Part shown: one piece after another, positions 63,661-64,000 of the stretch
Numbering within the stretch: position 1 is the stretch's first letter
Layout of the letters: the number at the start of each line of letters is the position of its first letter
DNA from: Eledone cirrhosa
Lineage: Eukaryota
DNA: 64,000 nucleotides
NCBI GenBank assembly: GCA_964016885.1
Contig: OZ024745.1
Coordinates: 126,790,001 to 126,854,000, forward strand
Reading direction: 5' to 3'
Notes under the pieces: generated by a model
Databases searched by the model: none
What the model was told of the DNA's origin: nothing
Seen by the model: only the letters and a program-made list of their open reading frames with translations
Position numbers and translations under genes: made by a program

Positions 63661-64000
63661 AAATATCTTTAGTTTGATGACTTTAAACTTATATTCCTAC
63701 ACAATTAAATAAATTTAAAGGTTTATGATTTTAATTTTAATTTGTATATATTTCACCAGGCTAATATAAGTTAAAGTTTTTGAAAATTCAGATCATTATT
63801 ATCTTTTTATCACCCATACTTTCTCATTACCAAATGACTCCTTTTAACAGTTATGCTAAGAAGCCTGTTGATTTTCAAGGGTAACTAACTGTGTGGTGAT
63901 GAAGTTTAATTTTTCTATTAACATCTCTTTTTAGCATAATGACTTTAATCCTTTGCTAGCTGAATGTTGTAAGAAAAAATTAGTTCTTTATAGCTGAAGG

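Overview
AT-rich, repeat-dense eukaryotic DNA. The repeat landscape (tRNA-head SINEs with (CAT)n tails, RTE LINEs, TTAA MITEs, long (TA)n tracts) suggests a mollusc, probably an octopus/coleoid cephalopod; this is inference. The only host gene I can support is a + strand diacylglycerol lipase alpha (DAGLA-like) gene, seen as two phase-compatible GT-AG exons (32270-32481, 47238-47339) separated by a 14.8 kb intron. I did not find the preceding or following coding exons, so most of the window is probably intronic. The rest is mobile DNA: Penelope-like elements (PLEs; RT + GIY-YIG, inverted pLTR), RTE/CR1/other LINE fragments, SINEs, piggyBac-, mariner- and hAT-like MITEs, and a non-autonomous Helitron. 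The most interesting signal is a set of hammerhead-ribozyme (HHR) motifs from several distinct PLE-type elements, mostly in or beside (TA)n tracts. They include a canonical GUC-cleaving type I HHR with a 77-nt branched insertion in stem II (607-733, minus) and a variant-core HHR family with a sense copy inside the DAGLA intron. Also notable are a head-to-head chimera of two different PLE families and inverted repeats bracketing a DAGLA exon. Most ORF-track entries are microsatellite or antisense-TE noise. All structures were read by eye, and repeat boundaries are approximate.
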